Shown: positions 1-7,187, counted from the stretch's first letter. The stretch: 24,814 nucleotides of DNA from a virus (IMGVR_UViG_3300022882_000107:1-24814), one strand, 5' to 3'. Notes: a model not told the origin generated them from the sequence alone. Numbers and translations: made by a program.

Positions 1-290
1 TCAAAACTTTCGCTTATCCATTCTGAATACCTTACCCATTGCTTTGTGTTTTTGTTGTAAACAGAACAACTATTACCCCTTCTAGCTTGTGTGGTTGAAT
101 AAAAGAATCTGTTTTTTCTTACATATTTATGAGCCCTTCCATATGACAAAGGCGTTAAGTCTCTACTAGTAAATACTTTTATATTTTTAATTGTAGCCTT
201 TTCTTTAGCTTTTCGTCTTGCTTGTTCGTCTTTAATTTCTTGTTTCAACGATTTCAACCCTGCTGTTGACATATCTTTGATATTGTTCAT
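1..290 (-). CDS. Hypothetical protein, 3'-truncated by the window edge
   Basis: Not in track. ATG at 290 with AGGAG RBS at 300-296; reads MNNIKDMSTAGLKSLKQEIKDEQARRKAKEK... with no stop to position 1. Confidence 0.75.
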   Translation of the reverse strand, partial: MNNIKDMSTAGLKSLKQEIKDEQARRKAKEKATIKNIKVFTSRDLTPLSYGRAHKYVRKNRFFYSTTQARRGNSCSVYNKNTKQWVRYSEWISESF

Positions 291-292
291 TG

Positions 293-964
293 TTACTCCT
301 TATTTTGAGGTTTGTTATCCAGAGCAAGAACTATCTTGGCTCTTGCGACTTCTAAAACTTTTGTGAACTTAGGTGCATCAGCGTCAACCTTTTTTATAAT
401 TGTATCAATAGTATCAACCAAATCACCCATAGTCTTGATAGGCAGTAGATAAAATTCGTCATTCTCCCAGATAAGCAGAGACTCCTGAACATCCTTTAAA
501 TCACCTATGTATCGGTCGTATATCTCAAATAATTCAGTTTCTATATCAGTAGTCATAGGCATCGATCTAACAAGCAATATCAATTTATTTATTGCTGTTG
601 TCATCTTTTCAAGTTCAGCCTTTGACAACTTAGACTTAACAACTTGTGGCTTCTCCAACTCTTCAGCCCTGCAAGCTATGAGGGTTTTCAAACCTGTTAT
701 CTCGTTTTTTAAATCATCATTTAAGTCGGCAACCATGAAATACTTATTTTCGTAAGCTAGTGTCAATTCTTCTGACCTTTTGCAATGCTCAAAGATGTCA
801 TCTTTTTCTTTATTCACTTCGTATATTCGTTTTCTCAAATCAGAAACCAGTCTGTTCCTTCTTCCTACTATATTCCAGTTCATAACTGCCATACATGTAG
901 TACAGACAAAAAATACAAACAATACTATTGATATTGTCATTAGTTGTATCGTTAATTCATTCAT
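293..964 (-). CDS. Hypothetical membrane-anchored coiled-coil protein
   Basis: 223 aa; hydrophobic N-terminal segment (ISIVLFVFFVCTTCMAVM) then heptad-rich helical region; AAGGA RBS. Confidence 0.75.
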   Translation of the reverse strand: MNELTIQLMTISIVLFVFFVCTTCMAVMNWNIVGRRNRLVSDLRKRIYEVNKEKDDIFEHCKRSEELTLAYENKYFMVADLNDDLKNEITGLKTLIACRAEELEKPQVVKSKLSKAELEKMTTAINKLILLVRSMPMTTDIETELFEIYDRYIGDLKDVQESLLIWENDEFYLLPIKTMGDLVDTIDTIIKKVDADAPKFTKVLEVARAKIVLALDNKPQNKE

Positions 965-973
965 TTTTATCCT

Positions 974-1159
974 TTATTTATGTTTCATTTGTTGTTCAAT
1001 TTCTCTATAATTGCAGTACCAGATAACACATTTTCTAACAAATGGTGCTGGTTTCATAATTTCACGACTTCCCATCTCTATTATCATTGCATATTCTTCA
1101 TCCGAAAAACTTGCATGAACTCTCTTCGTAAGTCCTTGCGTCTCCATTTCTTCTGTCAT
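974..1159 (-). CDS. Ribbon-helix-helix (CopG/Arc-like) DNA-binding protein
   Basis: KRVHASFSDEEYAMIIEMGSREIMKPAPFVRKCV fits the RHH strand-helix-helix pattern; has its own promoter immediately upstream. Confidence 0.6.
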   Translation of the reverse strand: MTEEMETQGLTKRVHASFSDEEYAMIIEMGSREIMKPAPFVRKCVIWYCNYREIEQQMKHK

Positions 1160-1191
1160 TTTTATTTCCTTTTCTGTTTAAGATTGCCAAC

Positions 1192-1240
1192 ACCTTACTA
1201 CATCCTCTCTTTTTTGTCAACAACTATTTGTAACTATTTG
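1192..1240 (-). promoter_or_regulatory. Sigma70 promoter for the RHH gene with upstream direct repeats
   Basis: Minus strand TTGACA (1220-1215), 17 bp, TAAGGT (1197-1192); direct repeat AACTATTTG at 1222-1230 and 1232-1240. Confidence 0.6.
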
Positions 1241-1462
1241 TTACTTTTCTTTTTCTACGATTACATAGCCTTTGTTTAAAGGGCAATCATCTTCCAAATC
1301 TTCATAGGGAAACAATTCTATAGCCTTGAGTATCCCTAAGTTAATCCCGTGATATTTGACAGCAACCTGTTTTATGTGAGTTGATCGAATCGTTTTGTTA
1401 TTCTTTTCTATTTCATGCAAGACTCTGTCTGAAAACTTTTGAATTATCTCTTTTGTATTCAT
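1241..1462 (-). CDS. Hypothetical protein
   Basis: 73 aa ORF in a tightly packed minus-strand operon. Confidence 0.65.
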   Translation of the reverse strand: MNTKEIIQKFSDRVLHEIEKNNKTIRSTHIKQVAVKYHGINLGILKAIELFPYEDLEDDCPLNKGYVIVEKEK

Positions 1463-1465
1463 TTT

Positions 1466-1606
1466 TCACTTTTCTTTTTCTGTCTCATATTTTTGTATCT
1501 GCCTGTCCAGTATTTTATAGTAAACAAGTAGAATAACAGTTAAAACAAAAAGCCCCATAGTTATAACAGATAATGCTGTTAATACATTTATTTCTATAAC
1601 ACTCAT
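1466..1606 (-). CDS. Small single-pass membrane protein
   Basis: Track ORF 1466-1660; ATG at 1606 (MSVIEINV...) avoids overlap; one long hydrophobic helix. Confidence 0.55.
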   Translation of the reverse strand: MSVIEINVLTALSVITMGLFVLTVILLVYYKILDRQIQKYETEKEK

Positions 1607-1614
1607 ATCGCTTC

Positions 1615-2064
1615 TCACTTTCTTTTTAACGGCTGCGCTACTGGTGGAAAACAATTGCATCCACTAACGAAGTCATCGTAGCCAGTTTGTCTGTTGTATT
1701 TACTCCTTATCATCGTTCCCTGTTCGTCAGAACCAGAGATTACAGAACCACCGCCACCTCTCAATTCCAGTTTTCCAGTCTTGCAAACTTTGCCTTTTAC
1801 CAAATCACTCTGAACGAACGCTAAGGGGTGCTTACTGCACAAACCACATTCACCACCTCCTAGTATAGGGTCGGGTGTAAACAACGCTCCACAGGACGCA
1901 CAGGTGTCTTGTCCTTGATTGTAAGCACAAACCAAGTTGTCGTGAAGTTCGACAATTCGTTTTCCTTCTTTCGTGTTAGAATCAGATTCTTCTTTTTTAA
2001 GTAGTTCAGTCATTCTGTCTTCAAACCACTTCAATCTCTTTTCTTGTCTCTCTGTCAATTTCAT
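1615..2064 (-). CDS. Hypothetical Cys-containing (possible Zn-binding) protein
   Basis: 149 aa; CASC...CGLC pairs and a C-terminal CNC. Confidence 0.65.
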   Translation of the reverse strand: MKLTERQEKRLKWFEDRMTELLKKEESDSNTKEGKRIVELHDNLVCAYNQGQDTCASCGALFTPDPILGGGECGLCSKHPLAFVQSDLVKGKVCKTGKLELRGGGGSVISGSDEQGTMIRSKYNRQTGYDDFVSGCNCFPPVAQPLKRK

Positions 2065-2229
2065 TTATCTCTTTCCAGTCATTTTTAGAATTTTAGCAAA
2101 TCTTCGCCCTATTGTATCTTTCCAATCGAAGAACGAATTACACTCGTAACAATAATATTGTTTAAGAACTACAAGAACTAATTTCTTGCCACATTCTTTG
2201 CAATATCTCGTTCTCTTAAACATTTTCAT
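2065..2229 (-). CDS. Small zinc-ribbon protein (54 aa)
   Basis: Not in track. MKMFKRTRYCKECGKKLVLVVLKQYYCYECNSFFDW...; two CxxC motifs; GGAG RBS; stop abuts the next ATG. Confidence 0.65.
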   Translation of the reverse strand: MKMFKRTRYCKECGKKLVLVVLKQYYCYECNSFFDWKDTIGRRFAKILKMTGKR

Positions 2230-2348
2230 TTTCAAACTCCAGGTACATGTTTAATAATTCCAGCAGTATTTCATCAGTTACAATTTCTTTATTCATTTTG
2301 TTCCTTTGTATTTACTGGTGTTGTTTCCTTCATTTTATTTCCTTTGGT

Positions 2349-2729
2349 TTAATATTCTATTAATGTTTTGTTTATGTGATCTTCTTCCGCTTTTTCTTCT
2401 TCGAGTCTTTGTTTTATATATTTTTCGTTTTCGAAACTAATTTTTGTTCTCTTTTCCGTTACAAGTTTCTCGAAATCCTCTTGCCATTTACCCTCATGCA
2501 ACCATCCGTAAGTTTCAGTCCAACCTCGTACGCCACCAGTAACGCCATAAACAATAACAGCTCCGTTGTTAATACAACAGTTTCCGTCACCGTTAGGTTT
2601 TGCAATTTCCCCTTCTTTTAATATTTGAATCCTAAAAGTTCGACCACGAGCGTGATTACCTGATGTAATATATAGTTTTCCATACTGACCTGTTTTAAAC
2701 AACAACGCATATTTTCTTGCACCCTTCAT
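2349..2729 (-). CDS. Hypothetical phage protein
   Basis: 126 aa; AAGGGGA RBS; G/W-rich segment YGVTGGVRGWTETYGWLHEGKW. Confidence 0.75.
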   Translation of the reverse strand: MKGARKYALLFKTGQYGKLYITSGNHARGRTFRIQILKEGEIAKPNGDGNCCINNGAVIVYGVTGGVRGWTETYGWLHEGKWQEDFEKLVTEKRTKISFENEKYIKQRLEEEKAEEDHINKTLIEY

Positions 2730-2827
2730 AACATCCCCTTTATTTTATAAACCCAAAGATCCACAGTCACAACAAAACGCTGGGATCAATCCTTCTCTTA
2801 TTCCTAAATCACTTGCACTTAACATAA

Positions 2828-3007
2828 TTATTCTACTTCCTGTTTTAGTATGTTCACATCAAAAAAACCATCTTTAATCAATTTTTTTGAATATTCTTGG
2901 TCCTGTTCAAAAGTTGTATGTTTTAGCGACTGCAACAAACAAGCAGTTTTGACTCTTCCGTTTTTGCTGTTAACTTTTGATGCCGATATTGTTGTTAATA
3001 CTTTCAT
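2828..3007 (-). CDS. Hypothetical protein (59 aa)
   Basis: Not in track. MKVLTTISASKVNSKNGRVK...; ATGA overlap with the stop of 3004-3189. Confidence 0.55.
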   Translation of the reverse strand: MKVLTTISASKVNSKNGRVKTACLLQSLKHTTFEQDQEYSKKLIKDGFFDVNILKQEVE

Positions 3008-3189
3008 GCTATTTCTTTCTCTCTGTTGATTTCTTCTTTTGTTTTAATTTGCATCAGTTGACCGTTGCCACTTTCGATTATTCCGGCACTTGCAAGGTGC
3101 TTTTTTATCTCTGTTACTCCGTCAAGGTTCCATACTTGATTAACTCGATCAAGTCCGCCCTGTCTGTCAATTAGTTCATTTAATGTCAT
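3004..3189 (-). CDS. Hypothetical protein
   Basis: 61 aa; AAGGCGG upstream; ATGA-coupled on both sides. Confidence 0.65.
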   Translation of the reverse strand: MTLNELIDRQGGLDRVNQVWNLDGVTEIKKHLASAGIIESGNGQLMQIKTKEEINREKEIA

Positions 3190-3326
3190 TTTACCGCCTT
3201 GTCCAGTAATTCAATTACTTTTTTGTCGTTGTCCTGGATATACGCCATAACCAATTTGTGATCTGTCATAACTGATATATCCAAACCTCTTTTTTCGCAC
3301 TCTTCCCTTATTTCGTAATAGTACAT
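3186..3326 (-). CDS. Hypothetical protein (46 aa)
   Basis: Not in track. MYYYEIREECEKRGLDIS...; AAGGAAG RBS; ATGA overlap with the next gene. Confidence 0.6.
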   Translation of the reverse strand: MYYYEIREECEKRGLDISVMTDHKLVMAYIQDNDKKVIELLDKAVK

Positions 3327-3338
3327 TTTTTACTTCCT

Positions 3339-3372
3339 TAAACCCCCCTTTTCAGGGGGCGGTTTGTTTTTA
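3339..3372. terminator. GC-rich intergenic hairpin (possible terminator or processing stem)
   Basis: Minus strand AAACCGCCCCCT-GAAA-AGGGGGGTTT with GNRA loop; T-rich tail is on the plus strand. Confidence 0.55.
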
Positions 3373-3383
3373 TTGTTTAGTTA

Positions 3384-3731
3384 TTAACACCAAATAGATC
3401 TAAATTTTTCAATATCTTTAGATGCTGTTTCAATCATATTATCAAGTGCTTTTATTTTGCTGTCAGTCACAACATTACAGCTAACACCTGATATATAAAC
3501 AAGTTGCTTATTCCATATATCAACATATTGACCGTCAAAATCAATATAGATGTTATACGTATACATGCTTGCGTTTCCGTCAGCTTTTCTGCATTCGTAT
3601 TGCTCCATTTCTTGCTTGTTGGGTAATTCAATGTCGTATTTCTCGCCGTTGAAATCCGCGGCTATAATTTCTCCGTTTAGAATATTAGCTAGCTTGTTTA
3701 GCTTTTTCCATGTATTTGTTGATATGTTCAT
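3384..3731 (-). CDS. Hypothetical protein
   Basis: Track ORF 3384-3737; ATG at 3731 with GGGAG upstream. Confidence 0.7.
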   Translation of the reverse strand: MNISTNTWKKLNKLANILNGEIIAADFNGEKYDIELPNKQEMEQYECRKADGNASMYTYNIYIDFDGQYVDIWNKQLVYISGVSCNVVTDSKIKALDNMIETASKDIEKFRSIWC

Positions 3732-3733
3732 TT

Positions 3734-3835
3734 TCAAATGCTCCCGTCTAATTTTAAGATTAATAATATTACCGCTGCCGTGACCGTTGCGACCTTTACA
3801 AAGTTAATTGTAAATTCTATGTACTTGTTTCTCAT
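3734..3835 (-). CDS. Small hydrophobic peptide (33 aa)
   Basis: Not in track. MRNKYIEFTINFVKVATVTAAVILLILKLDGSI; GAAGGCG upstream; fills the gap exactly. Confidence 0.45.
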   Translation of the reverse strand: MRNKYIEFTINFVKVATVTAAVILLILKLDGSI

Positions 3836-3865
3836 GCTTCGCCTTCCGTTAATGTTAATAATAAT

Positions 3866-3902
3866 ACCTTGCAAGGCTCGACCGTTCAAGCCTTGCCGGG
3901 TG
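3866..3902 (-). other. Intergenic RNA hairpin
   Basis: Minus strand GCAAGGCTTGA-ACGG-TCGAGCCTTGC (11 bp), followed by ATTATTATTAACA. Confidence 0.55.
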
Positions 3903-3905
3903 TCA

Positions 3906-4547
3906 TTATCCCCAGAGTTTAATCGCTGCTTTGTGTTTCTTTGTCGCTTCGTTTAGTTCCTTTTTTGCATAGGTTAGACTATAAGAATGTTCCCGCTTTG
4001 CAGGATTTTCTTTATAAAACAGATGTGCTTTTTTCTTGATTTGTACTTGGACCTCGTAATAATCAATACTTTCAGGCATTGACAAATTTATATCATTGGC
4101 TTTGCTCTCCCAGTATTCCGCCCTTCTCTCGTGTTCTTCTGCTTTCTCTGACATTTCAACGCTCTTGTTCATTGCGTTATGACTGCGCTCTATTGCTCTC
4201 CTGTGCTTCTTCTCGCTGTGGTGTCCTACTAATATAGGTTGACCAAAAGGAATACCATCAACTGCGCTGTGTGAAGCCTGAAAAGCTGTATTGCTCTTAT
4301 TTTCTGCTGATGCTTTCCAGGTGTTATACTTTTCAGCTTTCGCCTTTGCTCTCTCCTGGACGTTGTAGCCGTCCGCCCTGATTATTGAATAATAAAACAA
4401 GCCGTTTCTTGATGCGACCAAGTTGTAAACTTCGCACTCGTGTTCATTTCCGTATTTTGTTTCAAGTGTTATAATCTCGCCTTTTTCGTGTTCTTCTGTA
4501 CATTCAGCACAAAAGACATTTGGACAATATTTTTTATATACATTCAT
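3906..4547 (-). CDS. DUF3560 domain-containing protein
   Basis: Signature GIPFGQPILVGHHSEKKHRRAIER typical of DUF3560 in phages and mobile elements. Confidence 0.85.
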   Translation of the reverse strand: MNVYKKYCPNVFCAECTEEHEKGEIITLETKYGNEHECEVYNLVASRNGLFYYSIIRADGYNVQERAKAKAEKYNTWKASAENKSNTAFQASHSAVDGIPFGQPILVGHHSEKKHRRAIERSHNAMNKSVEMSEKAEEHERRAEYWESKANDINLSMPESIDYYEVQVQIKKKAHLFYKENPAKREHSYSLTYAKKELNEATKKHKAAIKLWG

Positions 4548-4756
4548 TTTGTTCTTTCTTGTTTGTTTTCTACCTTATTTTTTAGGTGGTTAAAAAATGC
4601 GTTGCCTTGAGTTAAATTTGCCGTTCTTTTGAATTTGATTTGTGTTGCGTAATCGTGCAGCACACATTTGTTATCAAAAGAAATTTGGCAATATTCTTTT
4701 TCAAAATCTACACCTTGCTTAATTAGTTCACTTTTGATTAGTTCTTTTGTGTTCAT
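4544..4756 (-). CDS. Hypothetical protein
   Basis: 70 aa; GGAG RBS; ATGA overlap. Confidence 0.65.
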   Translation of the reverse strand: MNTKELIKSELIKQGVDFEKEYCQISFDNKCVLHDYATQIKFKRTANLTQGNAFFNHLKNKVENKQERTK

Positions 4757-4758
4757 TT

Positions 4759-5025
4759 TTATTTCTCCAATTTGTTTATTATATTATAAGCATCTTCGAC
4801 CCACGCATAAAGAGGAGCGCCGGCGTCAAGGTCTTTGTCTTCTGCAAGTATAAGAGCAGATTTTGCAAGCCCTTTTATAGCTTCCAATAGTTCAGGTGCT
4901 GCCGCTGCTATTTCTCCGTTTTCCTCATGGTTTAAAGCATTGTCCCAGCTGTTAAGTGACGCAATCCAATAGTTCTCAGGTACCGTTCTTATTGTCATTG
5001 TTTCTTTTTCAAATATCCATTTCAT
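4759..5025 (-). CDS. Phage protein with AAAPELLEA motif
   Basis: NGEIAAAAPELLEAIK matches the common phage small-protein motif NAxLIAAAPELLEAL. Confidence 0.75.
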   Translation of the reverse strand: MKWIFEKETMTIRTVPENYWIASLNSWDNALNHEENGEIAAAAPELLEAIKGLAKSALILAEDKDLDAGAPLYAWVEDAYNIINKLEK

Positions 5026-5057
5026 TTTGCGCCGCCTTTTCTGTTTGTTGTTGTTGT

Positions 5058-5240
5058 TTAAAATTCATTTTCTAAAATCTGCTCTAGTGCGTCCCACCCG
5101 TTTTTATGTCTTAAACCGTCTACTACATTTATATTTTCAAGTGCTATGTTTGGATTAATTTTCAGCATACCACACAAAAACTCAAAATCATCTCTTGTAA
5201 CTGGTCTATGATAACCGTTGACTGGTGGATAGTGTATCAT
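5058..5240 (-). CDS. Hypothetical protein
   Basis: 60 aa ORF in the operon. Confidence 0.6.
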   Translation of the reverse strand: MIHYPPVNGYHRPVTRDDFEFLCGMLKINPNIALENINVVDGLRHKNGWDALEQILENEF

Positions 5241-5260
5241 TGTCTTGCTTTCTTTTTGTG

Positions 5261-5383
5261 TTAATAATTCGACTCAGGCCATATGCTAGCATTTGAGACT
5301 GCTTTTGAGGCTTCGTCTAATGACTTGCCTTTAACTAATTCGGTGACTTCATTCTTAACTTGTTCTGTTTGTTTAAAGTTCAT
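5261..5383 (-). CDS. Hypothetical protein (40 aa), ends inside the 23-bp repeat
   Basis: Not in track. MNFKQTEQVKNEVTELVKGKSLDEASKAVSNASIWPESNY; ATGA overlap with 5380-5517. Confidence 0.5.
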   Translation of the reverse strand: MNFKQTEQVKNEVTELVKGKSLDEASKAVSNASIWPESNY

Positions 5384-5517
5384 TCTGTTTCCAATCTCTT
5401 CAAGTTTGCTTTCATCATTGCTATGTCATCTCTAAGATCATAGTTATTAAAGTGACCTGTAGTGATTTTGTATTCCGCTATCTCAATTTCCTGTCTTATG
5501 CGTACTTTAATGTTCAT
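5380..5517 (-). CDS. Hypothetical protein (45 aa)
   Basis: Not in track. MNIKVRIRQEIEIAEYKITTGHF...; GGAG RBS. Confidence 0.55.
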   Translation of the reverse strand: MNIKVRIRQEIEIAEYKITTGHFNNYDLRDDIAMMKANLKRLETE

Positions 5518-5583
5518 CGTCTCGTCTCCATTGTTGTTAATAATTCGACTCAGGCCACTAAGTTAATGACCTGAATTGAGTTG

Positions 5584-5841
5584 TTAAGCTATTTTAATGA
5601 TTTCTTTTGATTTGTTGTCAGTCAATGTTTTCGTTTTGAAGTCAATGTAGCCATCGTAACAATCTCGTTGCTCATCATCCCATACGTTATTATTGATAAA
5701 CATGCCATCATAAACCTCTGTATTCTTTGCATTATAATTGAAACCGTATCCGCGGGCGTGCGGTGCATTCAGACAATACATGCCGCCGCAAACGTTTAAA
5801 GCATCTTTTATTACCTTGTGACTAATAAATTTAGTTTTCAT
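5584..5841 (-). CDS. Hypothetical protein, first gene of the leftward operon
   Basis: 85 aa; AAAGG RBS; about 55 nt downstream of a sigma54 motif. Confidence 0.7.
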   Translation of the reverse strand: MKTKFISHKVIKDALNVCGGMYCLNAPHARGYGFNYNAKNTEVYDGMFINNNVWDDEQRDCYDGYIDFKTKTLTDNKSKEIIKIA

Positions 5842-5895
5842 GTTGTAACCTTTTCTGTTGTGCTTCGGTCTCTATTGCCGTTGCTGTGTAGATAG

Positions 5896-5913
5896 TAGCA
5901 ATGTGCATGCCAA
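5896..5913 (-). promoter_or_regulatory. Sigma54 (RpoN) -24/-12 promoter 1
   Basis: Minus strand TTGGCATGCACATTGCTA = TGGCA-N6-TTGC (GG-N10-GC), pointing at the left operon. Confidence 0.75.
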
Positions 5914-5950
5914 CTATCCCAAAACACCCAAACTATTTTTATTTATTTAT

Positions 5951-5975
5951 TAAGTCGTTTATATCAAGCTCTTTA
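5951..5975. promoter_or_regulatory. IHF-like binding site
   Basis: TAAGTCGTTTATATCAAGCTCTTTA; each strand is 1 mismatch from WATCAANNNNTTR; AT-rich flank. Confidence 0.5.
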
Positions 5976-6031
5976 CAAAAGCATAATAATCTGATATGTT
6001 TCGCAATGTTACCAAATGTTTGCCGTATCCT

Positions 6032-6068
6032 TGTCATTTCTGATAATTGAGAATGTCATATCTGATAA
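6032..6068. promoter_or_regulatory. Tandem candidate upstream activator sites
   Basis: TGTCATTTCTGATAA (6032-6046) and TGTCATATCTGATAA (6054-6068), near-palindromic, 22 bp apart. Confidence 0.5.
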
Positions 6069-6155
6069 AGTATCATTATCTTGTCGTTATGTGATTATGT
6101 TGCTACTATCCTATTGTAAACCAGTGTTTTAAATGGGTTGACAATACTCTACGGG

Positions 6156-6256
6156 CTGTTAATAACCTGTTAATAACTTTTGCTTAATATCTTATAATCC
6201 TTTGACATACAACAACTTAGCCCCTGTTAATAACCTGTTAATAACCTGTTAATAAC
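6156..6256. repeat. Five copies of the 11-mer CTGTTAATAAC (DnaA-box-like)
   Basis: Copies at 6156, 6167, 6224, 6235, 6246; reverse complement contains TTATTAACA. Confidence 0.85.
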
Positions 6257-6517
6257 TCTAGTGTGGTAGATTAAAACAACCATTTAGCCCTGTGTTTCTA
6301 TGCGTACGTGTGGCCAAATCAAAAGCGTACGTGTTTAGGGAAAGGGATCATGCATTGATACATCATTATTTGGTTATTATGCACCTCTTGACTACCCAGG
6401 CGTGACAATAGCGCGACAATACAAGGCACACTAAACAGCCAAGGCACTGCACACAAGGCACATACAACTAATAGCCAGTCGGGTGGCCCACCCACTAGCA
6501 CACCAACACACCAAATT

Positions 6518-6584
6518 CATAGATATATAAAGCCAAAATCTTTTATCCAATCCATAGATATATAAAGCCAAAATCTTTTATCCA
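6518..6584. repeat. 32-bp tandem direct repeat
   Basis: CATAGATATATAAAGCCAAAATCTTTTATCCA at 6518-6549 and 6553-6584. Confidence 0.9.
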
Positions 6585-6662
6585 CCCCCTACCCTATATT
6601 TACGTTTATACATATATTGAATACCTCTGTGTCCAGTCTTGAGTTTTGCCCAAAAGTGCCCC

Positions 6663-6680
6663 TAGCAAGAATCGTGCCAA
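6663..6680 (-). promoter_or_regulatory. Sigma54 (RpoN) -24/-12 promoter 2
   Basis: Minus strand TTGGCACGATTCTTGCTA, an exact match to TGGCACG-N4-TTGC. Confidence 0.8.
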
Positions 6681-6851
6681 TGGATAAAATAATGATAAGA
6701 ATCTACAAGAAAAAGGTTAAGAATCAGATATTCAGAAAGTTGATATTGGGGTTAAATCGGTCTAAAATTTGGCAGTGAAAATGGGCGGTTATGAGTGAAG
6801 ACAAAAGGGTAGATTTACAAAAACTTAACAATTACCGAATTGTCGATACTC

Positions 6852-7072
6852 ATGGCGCCACACCCTTTTTTCGTAGTGTGTGGGAACAACGAGAAATCAC
6901 TAGTTGTGTGGGAGGCGTTTTATGGAGTAAATAAATAAAGTGTAAAAGTGGAAATATAGAGAAAAAAGACGTTTTTGGGGGGTTTGCAAAGTGTTTGTAG
7001 TTAATGGATTATAGCGACGGTATGGCGCCACACGCACACCCCCTCTCTAAGGAGAGATATAAATGTGTGGGA
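6852..7072. repeat. Cluster of inverted CCACAC/GTGTGG motifs
   Basis: ATGGCGCCACAC at 6852 and 7022; TGTGTGGGA at 6877, 6905 and 7064. Confidence 0.7.
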
Positions 7073-7187
7073 ATAGTTTTGTATTGTGAGACATAAATAA
7101 AAAGTGACCGCTACGCTTTTTTATTTAAGGCTTACACAATCCAAACCAAAACGTAGAAAAATTTTTAGTAGAGAATTGAAGAATAAA

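Larger units (their letters stand above)
5259..5557. repeat. 23-bp direct repeat bracketing two small ORFs
   Basis: TGTTAATAATTCGACTCAGGCCA at 5259-5281 and 5535-5557. Confidence 0.9.

Noticed and set aside
507-4853. Plus-strand track ORFs (507, 780, 980, 2376, 2977, 3550, 3738, 4668)
   Set aside because: Antisense shadows of a tightly coupled minus-strand operon; F/S/I-rich, no RBS.
6138-6165. Rightward sigma70 promoter at TTGACA 6138
   Set aside because: Perfect -35 but only a weak TAATAA at 16 bp inside the repeat array, and no downstream gene.
6319-6501. 60-aa minus-strand ORF downstream of sigma54 promoter 2
   Set aside because: Non-ATG start, no clear RBS, composition explained by local repeats; cannot be fully excluded.
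6156-6584. CRISPR or mini-CRISPR array
   Set aside because: Repeats are directly tandem or only two copies, with no unique regularly sized spacers; no cas genes.
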